The notes under the pieces are model-generated. The model was not told the DNA's origin. It made no database searches and was given only the letters and a program-made list of their open reading frames with translations. Shown piece by piece: positions 28,411 through 38,607 of a DNA stretch of 64,000 nucleotides; within the stretch, counting starts at the first letter, position 1, and every line of letters begins with the position of its first letter. Where the stretch lies: the IMG/VR virus record IMGVR_UViG_3300021431_000076, positions 224,001 to 288,000 of that record; one strand, 5' to 3'. The stretch is from a virus. Taxonomy: Duplodnaviria; Caudoviricetes. The translations under genes and the position numbers were made by a program.

Positions 28411-30378
28411 ATGATGAAGTCCATCAATCATGATGATATAGAAATAATCGAAAGTATAGATCTTTCAGCTGATGAAACATACATTATGACAAGTTGGCTA
28501 AAACCATTAATATATGGATTAAATCCTAAAAAAATTAGAGATGAATTATCAATAGACTTAAAAGATGTTGTCTCTATTGATATTGATGGAGCACAACCAA
28601 TATTTGCACATTTAGAAGCTGGCCCACCTAATAAAGATAAAGATATTACCTTTAGCATGAAGAATGATTATGATAGTAAAATATATGATTATCCTATAAT
28701 CTATCCTATCAATAAATCTGCTTTAAAAGTAGCTAAATGGTTAACTTTACAATGCCTATTTACTAAAGGTTTAATCAGATATCCTACTTATAGTAATAGC
28801 TTATTTAATTATTTCTATATAGATGTATACGACAGAAATAGTAGTTGGCATGGTATACAAAGTTATCAAATTTGCTGTAAAAATGATCATGAAATATGCT
28901 ATAAATTTAGCGCTGATACAGAAAAAGACTTATTCACATTAACAAAAGATGATGTACTTTGTGTTAGTAATTTCTTAAACAATCCAGAATCACCACTCCA
29001 TAGTCATGTTTCTGAAGATTATAATAAAGGAGGTGAAGGTCCTATGTTTAATACTAGAACTGTATTAAATAGACTCAATGATATAATATCTACTAATATT
29101 GAAGCTGAAGGATATTTATTCCCAATTACATTTAATGAAATAGCAAAATATGTTGATATAGTGGATTTAGATAGAGAAACGAGTAGATCTATTTTATTTA
29201 AAAGTACTATTAATGGTGTAAGTAATAGAACCATAGATATATTTAAATATAGAGATGATGATAAATTTAAAGAACTTGATAAAAATATTGTAATATACCC
29301 ATATAGTACTTTGGCTGTGGATATAGTAAAATTTGTAGTCTTGCAAGAATTATATGCAAGAAATTATCTAAAATTTACACACGATAAAATAAATTATACT
29401 AATGGAATTGAATCTTACTGGAAATTAAAATATGAAGAAGATGAATATGTAATTCTCAATTCTGAAAACAAGGTTCGCTTCAAACTTCAGACACTGCCTG
29501 ATCAGTCTATTTTAAAATTTCCAGTAATTGAAATTAGAAATGGGTATGTTAAAGGTAAAGATGTTGTTCATGACACAAAGGACATTAGTTCTTGTGATTA
29601 TGATGATAAAAAAGAAGAAAAAGAAAAGGAGAGAAGAGGTATGTTTAATCACAAATTTGGTAAGGTAAGAGGTTCTGTATTGGCATTGTCTTATGATGGT
29701 AAGATTGCTGTTAAGAAAGCTAATACGGAAGATTATGTTCGCTACAATGCAGAAACTTCTACTGTAGAGAATATTAAAGATTTGGTTATCAATGATAACA
29801 AATGGTTCTTTATGATTCCTGCTACTGAAGTAGAGGTAGGAGATATCATCAAGTATAATGATGGTTTCTATCAGGTAATCAAGGTTAATGAAGAAAATAT
29901 CTCTGCTATTAATCTTATGAATTCTACTATGACTACTATTGTTAAAGAGACTATCTTTGGTTTGTCTTGCTATGCTAAGGTTATTAGCCTGATTGATCCG
30001 AGCACTTTTGGTGATGGTAATAATGGTATGATGGCTATGATGATGTTGGGAGATGATAATATGGATATCAAAGAACTGATGATGCTGCAGATGATAACGA
30101 ATGGTAATAAGAGTGGCCAGACCAATCCGATGATGATGCTTCTCATGAATGATGACATGGGTGGTGATGACGATATGTTCAGCACTATGCTCATAATGAA
30201 CATGATGAATGGTGGTAATGGTTTCGACATGAACAATATGTTCCAGAATCCCATGATGATGATGATGTTGCTCAAAGATGGTGACGGTAAGATGGATAAG
30301 ATGATGAAGTTCATGCTCATAAACCAGATGATGAACAATCAGAAGGCTGTTGAACCTGCTAAAGAAAAAGAAGAATAA
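28411..30378 (+). CDS. Multimodular hypothetical protein with Met-rich C-terminus
   Basis: SD AAGGAGG; NPMMMLLM-type repeats; two internal in-frame SD+ATG sites. Confidence 0.8.
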   Translation: MMKSINHDDIEIIESIDLSADETYIMTSWLKPLIYGLNPKKIRDELSIDLKDVVSIDIDGAQPIFAHLEAGPPNKDKDITFSMKNDYDSKIYDYPIIYPINKSALKVAKWLTLQCLFTKGLIRYPTYSNSLFNYFYIDVYDRNSSWHGIQSYQICCKNDHEICYKFSADTEKDLFTLTKDDVLCVSNFLNNPESPLHSHVSEDYNKGGEGPMFNTRTVLNRLNDIISTNIEAEGYLFPITFNEIAKYVDIVDLDRETSRSILFKSTINGVSNRTIDIFKYRDDDKFKELDKNIVIYPYSTLAVDIVKFVVLQELYARNYLKFTHDKINYTNGIESYWKLKYEEDEYVILNSENKVRFKLQTLPDQSILKFPVIEIRNGYVKGKDVVHDTKDISSCDYDDKKEEKEKERRGMFNHKFGKVRGSVLALSYDGKIAVKKANTEDYVRYNAETSTVENIKDLVINDNKWFFMIPATEVEVGDIIKYNDGFYQVIKVNEENISAINLMNSTMTTIVKETIFGLSCYAKVISLIDPSTFGDGNNGMMAMMMLGDDNMDIKELMMLQMITNGNKSGQTNPMMMLLMNDDMGGDDDMFSTMLIMNMMNGGNGFDMNNMFQNPMMMMMLLKDGDGKMDKMMKFMLINQMMNNQKAVEPAKEKEE

Positions 30379-30475
30379 GTAATAACTTCATACAAAAGTA
30401 AATATATACCACTGGGATTTCATTCCCAGTGGTATATATTTTTAATGAAAGGAAAGAAAAGGAGGCTAACCTAAA

Positions 30476-31318
30476 TTGAAAACATTTGATGTGCCTTTAA
30501 GAACTGCTGTATCTGAGATCAATAAATTCAGATCAAACTACACATCCATTATTGTTAAAGGAAAGAATAAAAACACAGACTTCGAAGAAGTATTTAGAAA
30601 TATATTCAAAATAGTAGTAAATAATGAATCAGAACTGAAAACGAACCTGAAATACTTGGAAATTGATGATGACTCAGAGTACACTACTTCAACCGCATTT
30701 GAGAAGTTCGCAGAAGAACTTAAAGATATAACCAATAATATTATACCTAGTGCGGGTGTAAGAGATACTGAATGGTATTTCACTTCCAGTGATGGTTGTG
30801 TTGAGGATTATGTTTCACGTCATTTAGATAATCCATTAACCAAATATTATATACCACGTTTACTAGAATCCAGATTTGCTGTTGCTTGGGTAGTAATATA
30901 TAAGCTTTGCAAAGTACATAAGTTGGATAGAACCAAGATAGAAAACCTGGTTTTCTACTACTATCCTAGAAAAGATTTCGTGCGTATAGTTATAACCATT
31001 GATGGTAAAGATTATAAATTTGGATTTGCTGATGCCAGAAATAAAAATGTGTTTGATATGTTTTGGTGGCATGATTGCACAACATGTAATGCAGCTGATA
31101 GTGGATGTATATATATCAGTAAAGATGAAGAAGACGATACAGATACAACCTCAAAAGAGGAGATTAAAGATGGATTTGATGGCAAAATCATCAATCAAGA
31201 TGGATTTATAACATATGATTCTTTGGCTTTGAATAAACCAACAGAACAAAAGAGAGATAAGAGTAAGAAGCTTCTGAAAATGATGCTTATGTATCAAATG
31301 ATGAATGGTCAGAAGTGA
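30476..31318 (+). CDS. Hypothetical protein partly paralogous to 28411-30378
   Basis: SD AAGGAGG plus TTG; ends KMMLMYQMMNGQK, compare KFMLINQMMNNQK. Confidence 0.75.
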   Translation: MKTFDVPLRTAVSEINKFRSNYTSIIVKGKNKNTDFEEVFRNIFKIVVNNESELKTNLKYLEIDDDSEYTTSTAFEKFAEELKDITNNIIPSAGVRDTEWYFTSSDGCVEDYVSRHLDNPLTKYYIPRLLESRFAVAWVVIYKLCKVHKLDRTKIENLVFYYYPRKDFVRIVITIDGKDYKFGFADARNKNVFDMFWWHDCTTCNAADSGCIYISKDEEDDTDTTSKEEIKDGFDGKIINQDGFITYDSLALNKPTEQKRDKSKKLLKMMLMYQMMNGQK

Positions 31319-31394
31319 TTAGAAAAGATAGCCTATATCATTAGGCTATCTTTTTATTCATCCATATACTATATATTAGAAGGAGGAATGTAAA

Positions 31395-31682
31395 ATGTAT
31401 GTAAGACCTTATGAAGCTCTAGAGAAACTCGGTAATGAAATAATGTATATTGACGAGTTATCTGGTGAAACAAGAACAGGATTGGTTGTAGGAAAGGAGA
31501 GAATAGGTGAAAAAGCAGTAATGGTATTTGTTGCATCACCATATGATGATGAAAATGATAAAACGGAAGGGATGATTAAATATCGAGATATCATCATGTT
31601 TGATGATATGCCTATTGATGTGCATGGTTGGGGACGAGATGCTGTCCTTAAAGAATATGGTAAGTATATAGGAGTAGAATGA
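31395..31682 (+). CDS. Hypothetical protein
   Basis: Early motif near 31363; SD AGGAGG. Confidence 0.8.
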   Translation: MYVRPYEALEKLGNEIMYIDELSGETRTGLVVGKERIGEKAVMVFVASPYDDENDKTEGMIKYRDIIMFDDMPIDVHGWGRDAVLKEYGKYIGVE

Positions 31683-32119
31683 TGTTGTATTATGTAATTC
31701 AAGTCAAATCATATCAATTAGTTAGACAACAGAATTATGAATACAAAGAAGTATTCATGGAATCTCGAAATGAGAAGAAAGCTAAAAACAAAGAACAGAT
31801 GTTAGAGATACTCAAAGAGATGCTGGTCAATGAGATATATATCACTGAGAATGGTGGAAAGTTTAATAAGCTTACTCTGTTCAATGATGATAGTGGTTGC
31901 ATAATGGAATCCAAATATATAATAGCATATCATCCACTTCTGAGAATAGATAGAGTCTTTATCAAGTGTACTGACCATAAAAGACCTATAACTGATGATG
32001 ATATGTCTCTCAAAGGAATATCCTATAGTGACTACAAATACTTCACTCATCAGCTAAAGATGTTCCTAAAAACTATAAATTACGATAGAGGAGGAGAGAA
32101 GGTTGTATTATGTAGTTAA
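31679..32119 (+). CDS. Hypothetical protein
   Basis: SD AGGAG; overlap. Confidence 0.75.
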   Translation: MMLYYVIQVKSYQLVRQQNYEYKEVFMESRNEKKAKNKEQMLEILKEMLVNEIYITENGGKFNKLTLFNDDSGCIMESKYIIAYHPLLRIDRVFIKCTDHKRPITDDDMSLKGISYSDYKYFTHQLKMFLKTINYDRGGEKVVLCS

Positions 32120-32387
32120 TAGTAAGTATATCAATAGCAAGTCAGTTTACGATATTCTATATGAAGCTGCTACTATAAGAGATGCTTATGATTTTCTATA
32201 TAATAATGGATACAAGCCTAATGTTCAAAGTGAATACAAAACACCCCATTATCATAATGGGGTGTTTAACAATGCTTCAATATGGAAAGAATCAGATTTA
32301 GAGCAGATTCTAATAGACTATGTAAATTTAATAATTAATCAAAAGGAGGATTATCTTGGATACAAAGTTAATGGATTCGAAGAGTGA
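32103..32387 (+). CDS. Hypothetical protein
   Basis: SD GAGGAGG plus TTG. Confidence 0.7.
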   Translation: MYYVVNSKYINSKSVYDILYEAATIRDAYDFLYNNGYKPNVQSEYKTPHYHNGVFNNASIWKESDLEQILIDYVNLIINQKEDYLGYKVNGFEE

Positions 32388-32826
32388 AGAAACTCCTATG
32401 GCTGATGGAAAATGGGGTCAAATTAAATATGACAAAGTCCAGATAGTTATTAATCAATATAACTATATAACCTTACCAAAAGACTTAGTAGAGTTCTATA
32501 TGGACTATAAATCTCTAAGATGGTTAATAAAGTTACCAGAAGAGAAATGGTCTAGAATGTGTATAGAAAAACATTTTGGTGGTTCTAATTCAAATATATT
32601 AAGATGGCAATATGAATGTTACGTTAAAGACGAAGTTCGTTATAATAAGAACTGGTGCTTTGGCATTTTGCTTAAAGATAATTCAATTGAAGGAGGATAT
32701 CTTCTTTGTGCTCTTAAAGCAATCAACAAAGTTGATTTCATAAATTTTGCTATGTTCTTAATCAATCAAGCAAAACTGATTAGCTCTAAAAAGGAGGAAA
32801 AGTTAGTTGAATTACTTAAAATTTGA
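32356..32826 (+). CDS. Hypothetical protein
   Basis: SD AAGGAGG plus TTG. Confidence 0.7.
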   Translation: MDTKLMDSKSEETPMADGKWGQIKYDKVQIVINQYNYITLPKDLVEFYMDYKSLRWLIKLPEEKWSRMCIEKHFGGSNSNILRWQYECYVKDEVRYNKNWCFGILLKDNSIEGGYLLCALKAINKVDFINFAMFLINQAKLISSKKEEKLVELLKI

Positions 32827-33274
32827 AGATGAAGAAGAAAAATCTAAAGATATTTATACAGATAAAGAATGGGTTAAATTATCTCAAGATGGAGTTACTT
32901 GGTACGGGTATATTAAAGAACAAGAATTTAAGATTCCTCAATGTGAGTTATTCTGTAATGTAAATGGTAGAGATATATTGCTCCACGATCAAACTGAAGA
33001 GTTTAAAGAAGATGATAGTTGGTTTGAAGGAACAATAAGAGAGAGATTTGTTGAACCAGGAGTAGATAATCTGGCTGAAATGAGAGAATGGTTTGAAGAA
33101 TACTCAGCTCCATTTACTACTGGTATTGGTTTTGAACAATGGTTACCAGACCAAAAAGTATTGTTCCCAACCTATTATGTGATTAAATTTAAAGATTTTA
33201 GTACTCATAATAGATGGATACAATACGCCATACTCAAGTCATTAGAATCAATCAAAGGAGAAGAAGTCAAATGA
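32807..33274 (+). CDS. Hypothetical protein
   Basis: SD AAGGAGG plus TTG. Confidence 0.75.
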   Translation: MNYLKFEDEEEKSKDIYTDKEWVKLSQDGVTWYGYIKEQEFKIPQCELFCNVNGRDILLHDQTEEFKEDDSWFEGTIRERFVEPGVDNLAEMREWFEEYSAPFTTGIGFEQWLPDQKVLFPTYYVIKFKDFSTHNRWIQYAILKSLESIKGEEVK

Positions 33275-33996
33275 CTAAAAAAGTATTGATTAGTTTAGAA
33301 GAAGGAATCAAAATATTATCTGATGATATAACAGATGAGATGATCAATAAATACAATCAGACAATAAACTTCATACCTATGCGTACAAGTAATGTCACAG
33401 ATGCTGAAGTACTTACTGTTGAGGATATCAACTCTTTTAATACTAGAAAAATAAGTGAAGAGGTTAATACTTTATTTAATGAAGGATGTGTTCCAACAGT
33501 AGAAGTTAAAATACCAGAAATGGATATACTTGGATGGGATAAGGATCTTAAACTAAAAGATTCTAATTTTCATCTCTCATTCTATTCAATGGATAACTTC
33601 ATAAACAATAATCAGTTATCAACCGTCATCTCCTATATGCCAGATTATAATAAACAGAGAGTTGATTATGCTGGTACAGTAAATGTTTTACACGCCTGTG
33701 ATAATCGTTATATAAAGATAGGCTCTAATGCGTATAGAAGAGATTGGGGTACTATGTTTGATCATAGAGTCTCAATCTTAGATAAGTATAATAGTCTAAA
33801 AGATATGGATGATATATTTACAGACATAGGTACTTGTATGAGAGTCTATAAAGCTTTTGTTAAGCAACTTCGAGAAACATATAATGTATCTCTCTTTAAG
33901 AAGATTGTAGATGAGACTATACCTAAAATTGAAGAAATACTAAACAAAGATGAGAACTTTGACTATGAAGCTCTAGAAGCAAATGATGAGTTTTAG
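33271..33996 (+). CDS. Hypothetical protein
   Basis: SD AAGGAG; ATGA overlap at 33271. Confidence 0.8.
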   Translation: MTKKVLISLEEGIKILSDDITDEMINKYNQTINFIPMRTSNVTDAEVLTVEDINSFNTRKISEEVNTLFNEGCVPTVEVKIPEMDILGWDKDLKLKDSNFHLSFYSMDNFINNNQLSTVISYMPDYNKQRVDYAGTVNVLHACDNRYIKIGSNAYRRDWGTMFDHRVSILDKYNSLKDMDDIFTDIGTCMRVYKAFVKQLRETYNVSLFKKIVDETIPKIEEILNKDENFDYEALEANDEF

Positions 33997-34018
33997 AATT
34001 GAGTAAGGAGAATGTAAA

Positions 34019-34762
34019 ATGAAAAGCAAATCTGTCTATATACCAGAAGAATATAGTTACGAATTGAGTAATGCTGAAGAACTTATATTCGAGTGCGAAG
34101 AAGATGCTAAGAAATATATAGAACTTCGTTATATATTTGATGATGAAGTATCATATAACCCAGTAGAGTCTTTCCGGTTTAGTATAAATGAAGAAAAACC
34201 TAAACCAACTAAATTCGTCATTATCCCTAAAGGCCATCAGCCTCCTATATTAGAGGAAGAGCTTGAGTTTGGCCCTAACTACTGTAAAAATATAGCCTAT
34301 CTCAAATCTTTCAAACTTGTCATAGATGGAGAAGGATTAAAAACCTATGTTGATCCTGGATGCCATATTACTAGTATACCAAATCTGGATAAGTTTACTC
34401 AAGGAGGAGGCCAATTAAATTATAATTTAACCGATAATAATGAGTTCAGACTAATAAGAACTATTAAACTGGACGATAAAGAAGATGATCATGCTTGGCA
34501 TGACTACATTATGTTGAGATATACAGAAACGCCAGCATTTAAATCAAAGACAGTTGATATTGTTATATTCCGAGTATTTGATAAAGATACGTTTAAAGAA
34601 ACTCATAAAGGAATGAGCAAAGTACAAGTTGCTGATGATTGTAAGAAACTCACTGATACTTTTGAAGGTTGGTATAAAGACAAAATCTCTTTCTATGCTG
34701 GTGAATGTGTTGGTAAAGTTCAAAAACTTAGAAGAAGTATTAATGATATTCTGAATGACTAA
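34019..34762 (+). CDS. Hypothetical protein
   Basis: SD AAGGAG. Confidence 0.8.
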   Translation: MKSKSVYIPEEYSYELSNAEELIFECEEDAKKYIELRYIFDDEVSYNPVESFRFSINEEKPKPTKFVIIPKGHQPPILEEELEFGPNYCKNIAYLKSFKLVIDGEGLKTYVDPGCHITSIPNLDKFTQGGGQLNYNLTDNNEFRLIRTIKLDDKEDDHAWHDYIMLRYTETPAFKSKTVDIVIFRVFDKDTFKETHKGMSKVQVADDCKKLTDTFEGWYKDKISFYAGECVGKVQKLRRSINDILND

Positions 34763-34825
34763 TTGCTAAAAGTGGAAAGGTGAGTATTCTCTCTCACCTT
34801 TCTTTTTTATAAGGAGGATAAAATC

Positions 34826-35317
34826 ATGGTATTAGTATATTCTATTCCTATAGTGGTAACTCCAGTAAACTATTCTTTTAGTAAAGATAAATCTCATTAT
34901 GGAGCATTTGAACACAATGAAGTGTATTGCTCTATGCTTACTAAAGAATATGAACAAGTAGTTCCAAATCTTAAAAATATTGGGGTAAATGAAACTAATT
35001 ACTTAACAGATCCTGATAGATTAGTAGGCACTAGAATATTTACAGATCTTGGTGTTCATGGTGATGGTGATATATTTGATTATAGTATGAAAGATAGCAT
35101 TACTATCTATAAATTCCCTGAGAATACATCTATATCTTCTACATGGTTATATTTAGTTCCACAGAAAGATGAAGTAACTGATGAAGAGATAGAAACAGAA
35201 ATAGATAAAGTATATAATGATCTTCTTAATGATGGTCCTATTGATAATGCTATAATTGAAAATCATCTAAAATACTTAGAAGTTCTGGCAATATCAGCTA
35301 AGAATAAGTTTATCTAA
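34826..35317 (+). CDS. Hypothetical protein
   Basis: SD AAGGAGG. Confidence 0.8.
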   Translation: MVLVYSIPIVVTPVNYSFSKDKSHYGAFEHNEVYCSMLTKEYEQVVPNLKNIGVNETNYLTDPDRLVGTRIFTDLGVHGDGDIFDYSMKDSITIYKFPENTSISSTWLYLVPQKDEVTDEEIETEIDKVYNDLLNDGPIDNAIIENHLKYLEVLAISAKNKFI

Positions 35318-35400
35318 TATAATAATCCCCTAGAGCATATTCTCTAGGGGATTGACTTTTTAATAAGAATAATATTTATTTTAAAGGAGGTTAATATAAA

Positions 35401-35856
35401 ATGCCTGATACTAGAAAGGGTTATAAAGTTCCTGCTACAGTTATCCCAGGACATGATTCTTTTCCTGTAGTAGATTCTAATGATGTTGCAGGAAATATTA
35501 TGTTTTTTGATTCTCCAGATAAGCTTACTACTATTCCTGCTTCTAAGCGTAAATTAGGTATGTTTGTTTATATATCTAATGAAGGAAGACACTATAAGCT
35601 TATCAATAATAAAGCTGTTTTAGATGCTTCTTGCTGGGAACCATACGAATTAGTAAGCAAAGATTATATTGATAATGTGACTAGCAATTTTGTTACTAAA
35701 GAATCATTTGAACAAATAATTTCTTCTATTCCTAAAACACAAAGTAAATCTTTTGCAATAAATGAAAATACTACATACCCAGCTTCATTTGAAATTGAAT
35801 TACCAGAAGGAGCTTCAATAGTTCAAGTAAATGCAATAGCTGAAATAGATGAATAA
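35401..35856 (+). CDS. Probable virion fibre/decoration protein, N-terminal module
   Basis: IPASKRKLGMFVYI..W resembles N-terminal anchor modules of phage fibres; SD AAGGAGGT. Confidence 0.55.
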   Translation: MPDTRKGYKVPATVIPGHDSFPVVDSNDVAGNIMFFDSPDKLTTIPASKRKLGMFVYISNEGRHYKLINNKAVLDASCWEPYELVSKDYIDNVTSNFVTKESFEQIISSIPKTQSKSFAINENTTYPASFEIELPEGASIVQVNAIAEIDE

Positions 35857-35871
35857 AGGGAGTGAAATAGT

Positions 35872-36498
35872 GTGAAAAAATTAGTTCCAATAAGTTCTGA
35901 ATATATATCATATACAGTAACTACTCAGACTAAACCAGTTCCTAAATTAGACCCAATTACTAATTTGCCAATTTGGGTAAATGCAGAAACAGGGGAGCAA
36001 ACATCTTCACAGTCTAATCCAAATCCTGCTAGTAATCTTTGGGTTTCTGTTATGGAAAATAAAGAAGTTCCTGTAGTAACTATAACAGTGGCTCAAGAAG
36101 GTATTCCAGAAGGAGCTAAAAGTATAAAGCTATTATATCTATATATAGATAAAGAGGATGAAGAAACAGATGAGCCAGATGCAGAACAACCTGCGCCTGG
36201 TGTTAGTGCAGTTGGAGCTGAAATAAATATAGATGAAAATACAACTTATCCATTAACAGGTGAATTTATTATAGATGGAACTCCAGAATCTATAGAACCA
36301 ATCATAAATAAGAAAGTACAATATGAGAAATTCCAGTCAGGTTATTATTGGTATGGTTTTAATAACCAATTTAATGATTTAAATACAGATGAGAACTCTC
36401 AATTAGAAGTCATAGATGCTAACCTTTATTCATCTTATGGTGGAATTTCTATAAGAGGATCAAAGATTGGAATTCCTGTTATAGAAGGAGGTGAATAA
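35872..36498 (+). CDS. Acidic beta-rich protein, probably virion-associated
   Basis: SD AGGGAG plus GTG; shares ENTTYP with the previous gene. Confidence 0.65.
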   Translation: MKKLVPISSEYISYTVTTQTKPVPKLDPITNLPIWVNAETGEQTSSQSNPNPASNLWVSVMENKEVPVVTITVAQEGIPEGAKSIKLLYLYIDKEDEETDEPDAEQPAPGVSAVGAEINIDENTTYPLTGEFIIDGTPESIEPIINKKVQYEKFQSGYYWYGFNNQFNDLNTDENSQLEVIDANLYSSYGGISIRGSKIGIPVIEGGE

Positions 36499-36499
36499 A

Positions 36500-37534
36500 A
36501 TGCATCATTTAAGTTTTCAATTATTAGATGTTACTAAAGTTCTAAATAGTATAGATGAACATAGATATACTCCACCAACAGGTGCTGTAAAACCTGTAAC
36601 AAATGGAGAATATGATAATACAGAAAATATTCTTAATAGATTATCGACTTTAGGTGGTACTGCTCAACTTGGATTTGGATGTGCAATTGGTTATATCTTA
36701 GAATCATATAAATTTAATGATTTGGTTAATAATAATAATCAGTTTGATTTCTATAATGATGATCTATTTTCTTTCCATGAATTCTACGATCCATCTATGC
36801 TTTGCCAATGTATTTCTTCAATAGAAAATTATAATAATATAGGTGGAAAAACGTCTATTTTTTCTTTACCTTTAGACAGTTACTTTTTCAAAGGAGTAAA
36901 TATTCAATTAGGTGATACAATTGATTTAGATGGTAAATCTAGTAAAAATGATTTTAATTTAGAAAATTCTATTGGGTGTTTTAATGCATATATTGATGCA
37001 GCTTTAAATGCAGTTTCTAATAGTGATATGGAAGAAGATAAAAAGAATATACTATTACGAGACTTAAAATTACTAAAATCTGGAAACAATGAATATATAC
37101 CATCAGAAGAATTTTTGCAACAAATAGGCGGTAATTATACTGTATATCATGGTCAAACTGCTGGTCCTAGATTAGTTTCATCTTTTTGGAGTCCAGTTGC
37201 TGGTAAATATGAAGCCAGTATTTATTCTGGTTTTAATTCAGAATTGTTAAAATCTATCAATTTAGATGAAGGATATTTAGAGAATAATCTTCAGTTTAGA
37301 TTATATGCACTTTTTGTTTCATTTGGAGAAGAAGGAGTAGATGATAATTGTACATTGATAAAAACAAATTTAGGAAACCCTTCTTATTATGAAACTATTA
37401 TTCCAGAAACTGCAGATGAAACAAATGTATCAGTAATAATAGAGACTTTGCCAAAGAATAGAGTTAATGTTAAATATACTATAAAAGCAGTTCCAGATGG
37501 AACAGATTCGATCTCATTTAAAGTAAACTATTAA
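36500..37534 (+). CDS. Hypothetical protein, probably virion-associated
   Basis: SD AAGGAGGTGA before ATG 36500. Confidence 0.7.
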   Translation: MHHLSFQLLDVTKVLNSIDEHRYTPPTGAVKPVTNGEYDNTENILNRLSTLGGTAQLGFGCAIGYILESYKFNDLVNNNNQFDFYNDDLFSFHEFYDPSMLCQCISSIENYNNIGGKTSIFSLPLDSYFFKGVNIQLGDTIDLDGKSSKNDFNLENSIGCFNAYIDAALNAVSNSDMEEDKKNILLRDLKLLKSGNNEYIPSEEFLQQIGGNYTVYHGQTAGPRLVSSFWSPVAGKYEASIYSGFNSELLKSINLDEGYLENNLQFRLYALFVSFGEEGVDDNCTLIKTNLGNPSYYETIIPETADETNVSVIIETLPKNRVNVKYTIKAVPDGTDSISFKVNY

Positions 37535-37579
37535 ACACAATAATTTCACCCTAGGGATTTCTCCCTAGGGTGAATTACA

Positions 37580-37790
37580 CGGAAAAAAAATTTAATTTGA
37601 GCTGGACGATAGACAACTCAATCAGGTTTATCTAAGGGACTCGAACCCATAGATAATAAGGCTTCCTTATTTATACGTACCATAAGGAATAGATTCTTAT
37701 CAAGAAAGTGTTACGAGCCAATCTTAATAAGAAGATTTTGAATGTTTTTTGAAGCGTTTTAGGCCATTAAGGTGCCAACATAATGGTTAT
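37580..37790 (-). ncRNA. Candidate multi-hairpin ncRNA with a tRNA-like T-loop
   Basis: About six tandem hairpins, GGG-UUCGAGU-CCC at 37636-37648, terminal U run, no ORF. Confidence 0.45.
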
Positions 37791-37904
37791 ATCTATGTGC
37801 AAACAATAATATATCACTAGGGACCTCCATCCCTAGTGATATACATATATTGTTTTGTCCAAAAACAATAGAACCAGACCAACTGACTCTTATTATATAG
37901 TTAT

Positions 37905-38010
37905 AACAAAAATAATCCACTACAGGTGGCAGCCTGTAGTGGAACGTTCAAGGGGAATACTTAAACGATTAAGAGGAATGTAAAATGAAAAACAAAAAGC
38001 TTTTCGGCCT
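37905..38010 (-). ncRNA. Candidate anti-SD small RNA B
   Basis: GACA-N6-TA at 38010-38021; contains UUUCAUUUUACAUUCCUCUU; terminator hairpin 37916-37943 with minus-strand U run. Confidence 0.45.
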
Positions 38011-38114
38011 ACTATATTGTCTATACTTAATTAAAATTATAATAACTCTCTAGTAACTTTTATTACATTTATATACTATTTATATGGAGGATTATAAAAG
38101 AAAGAAGGAGACAT

Positions 38115-38606
38115 ATGAAAATTGATAGACCTTCCATTATATTCAATGGATATTTCAAGGGAACTATTGATAGAGAAGCTAATCTAAGAACATTTACATC
38201 TCTTTCTGGAAATGCTGCTCTATCTGTTCTTGAGAATGAAGACGCTGTATATCATTCATATAAGAGAGATAATAATCAATCTGCTCTTAGATATATGAAT
38301 AATGTTCTCATGGTGAGAAATATGATGAGAATTTATAATGAAGAAGACGGTAGTATAACTTTCATTACTGTAAATTGCAGTAAGAGTGGTGCTAAGAATA
38401 GTCAATGGCATTATACATATTCTGTATCAATAGTGATTGTCAAGTTTGATGACCCTTTAAAATATCTCTATAAACCAGCTAAGGTTAAGGAGATGTGTTT
38501 CTATGCTGTGTCTAATGTCTTTGATAAGTATAGAACCGAGATCAATAACTTTAGAGATATTGGTTTCGATACTATAAAAAAGAAAGATCAAGAGGAGGAA
38601 TTGTAA
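38115..38606 (+). CDS. Hypothetical protein
   Basis: Early motif near 38070; SD AAGGAG. Confidence 0.8.
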   Translation: MKIDRPSIIFNGYFKGTIDREANLRTFTSLSGNAALSVLENEDAVYHSYKRDNNQSALRYMNNVLMVRNMMRIYNEEDGSITFITVNCSKSGAKNSQWHYTYSVSIVIVKFDDPLKYLYKPAKVKEMCFYAVSNVFDKYRTEINNFRDIGFDTIKKKDQEEEL

Positions 38607-38607
38607 A

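Noticed and set aside
35854-35874. Read-through fusion of 35401 and 35872 ORFs
   Set aside because: Two in-frame stops (TAA, TGA) and a proper SD lie between them.
37600-37700. tRNA gene on the minus strand
   Set aside because: Only a T-loop is present; no acceptor stem, D arm, anticodon arm or CCA could be built.
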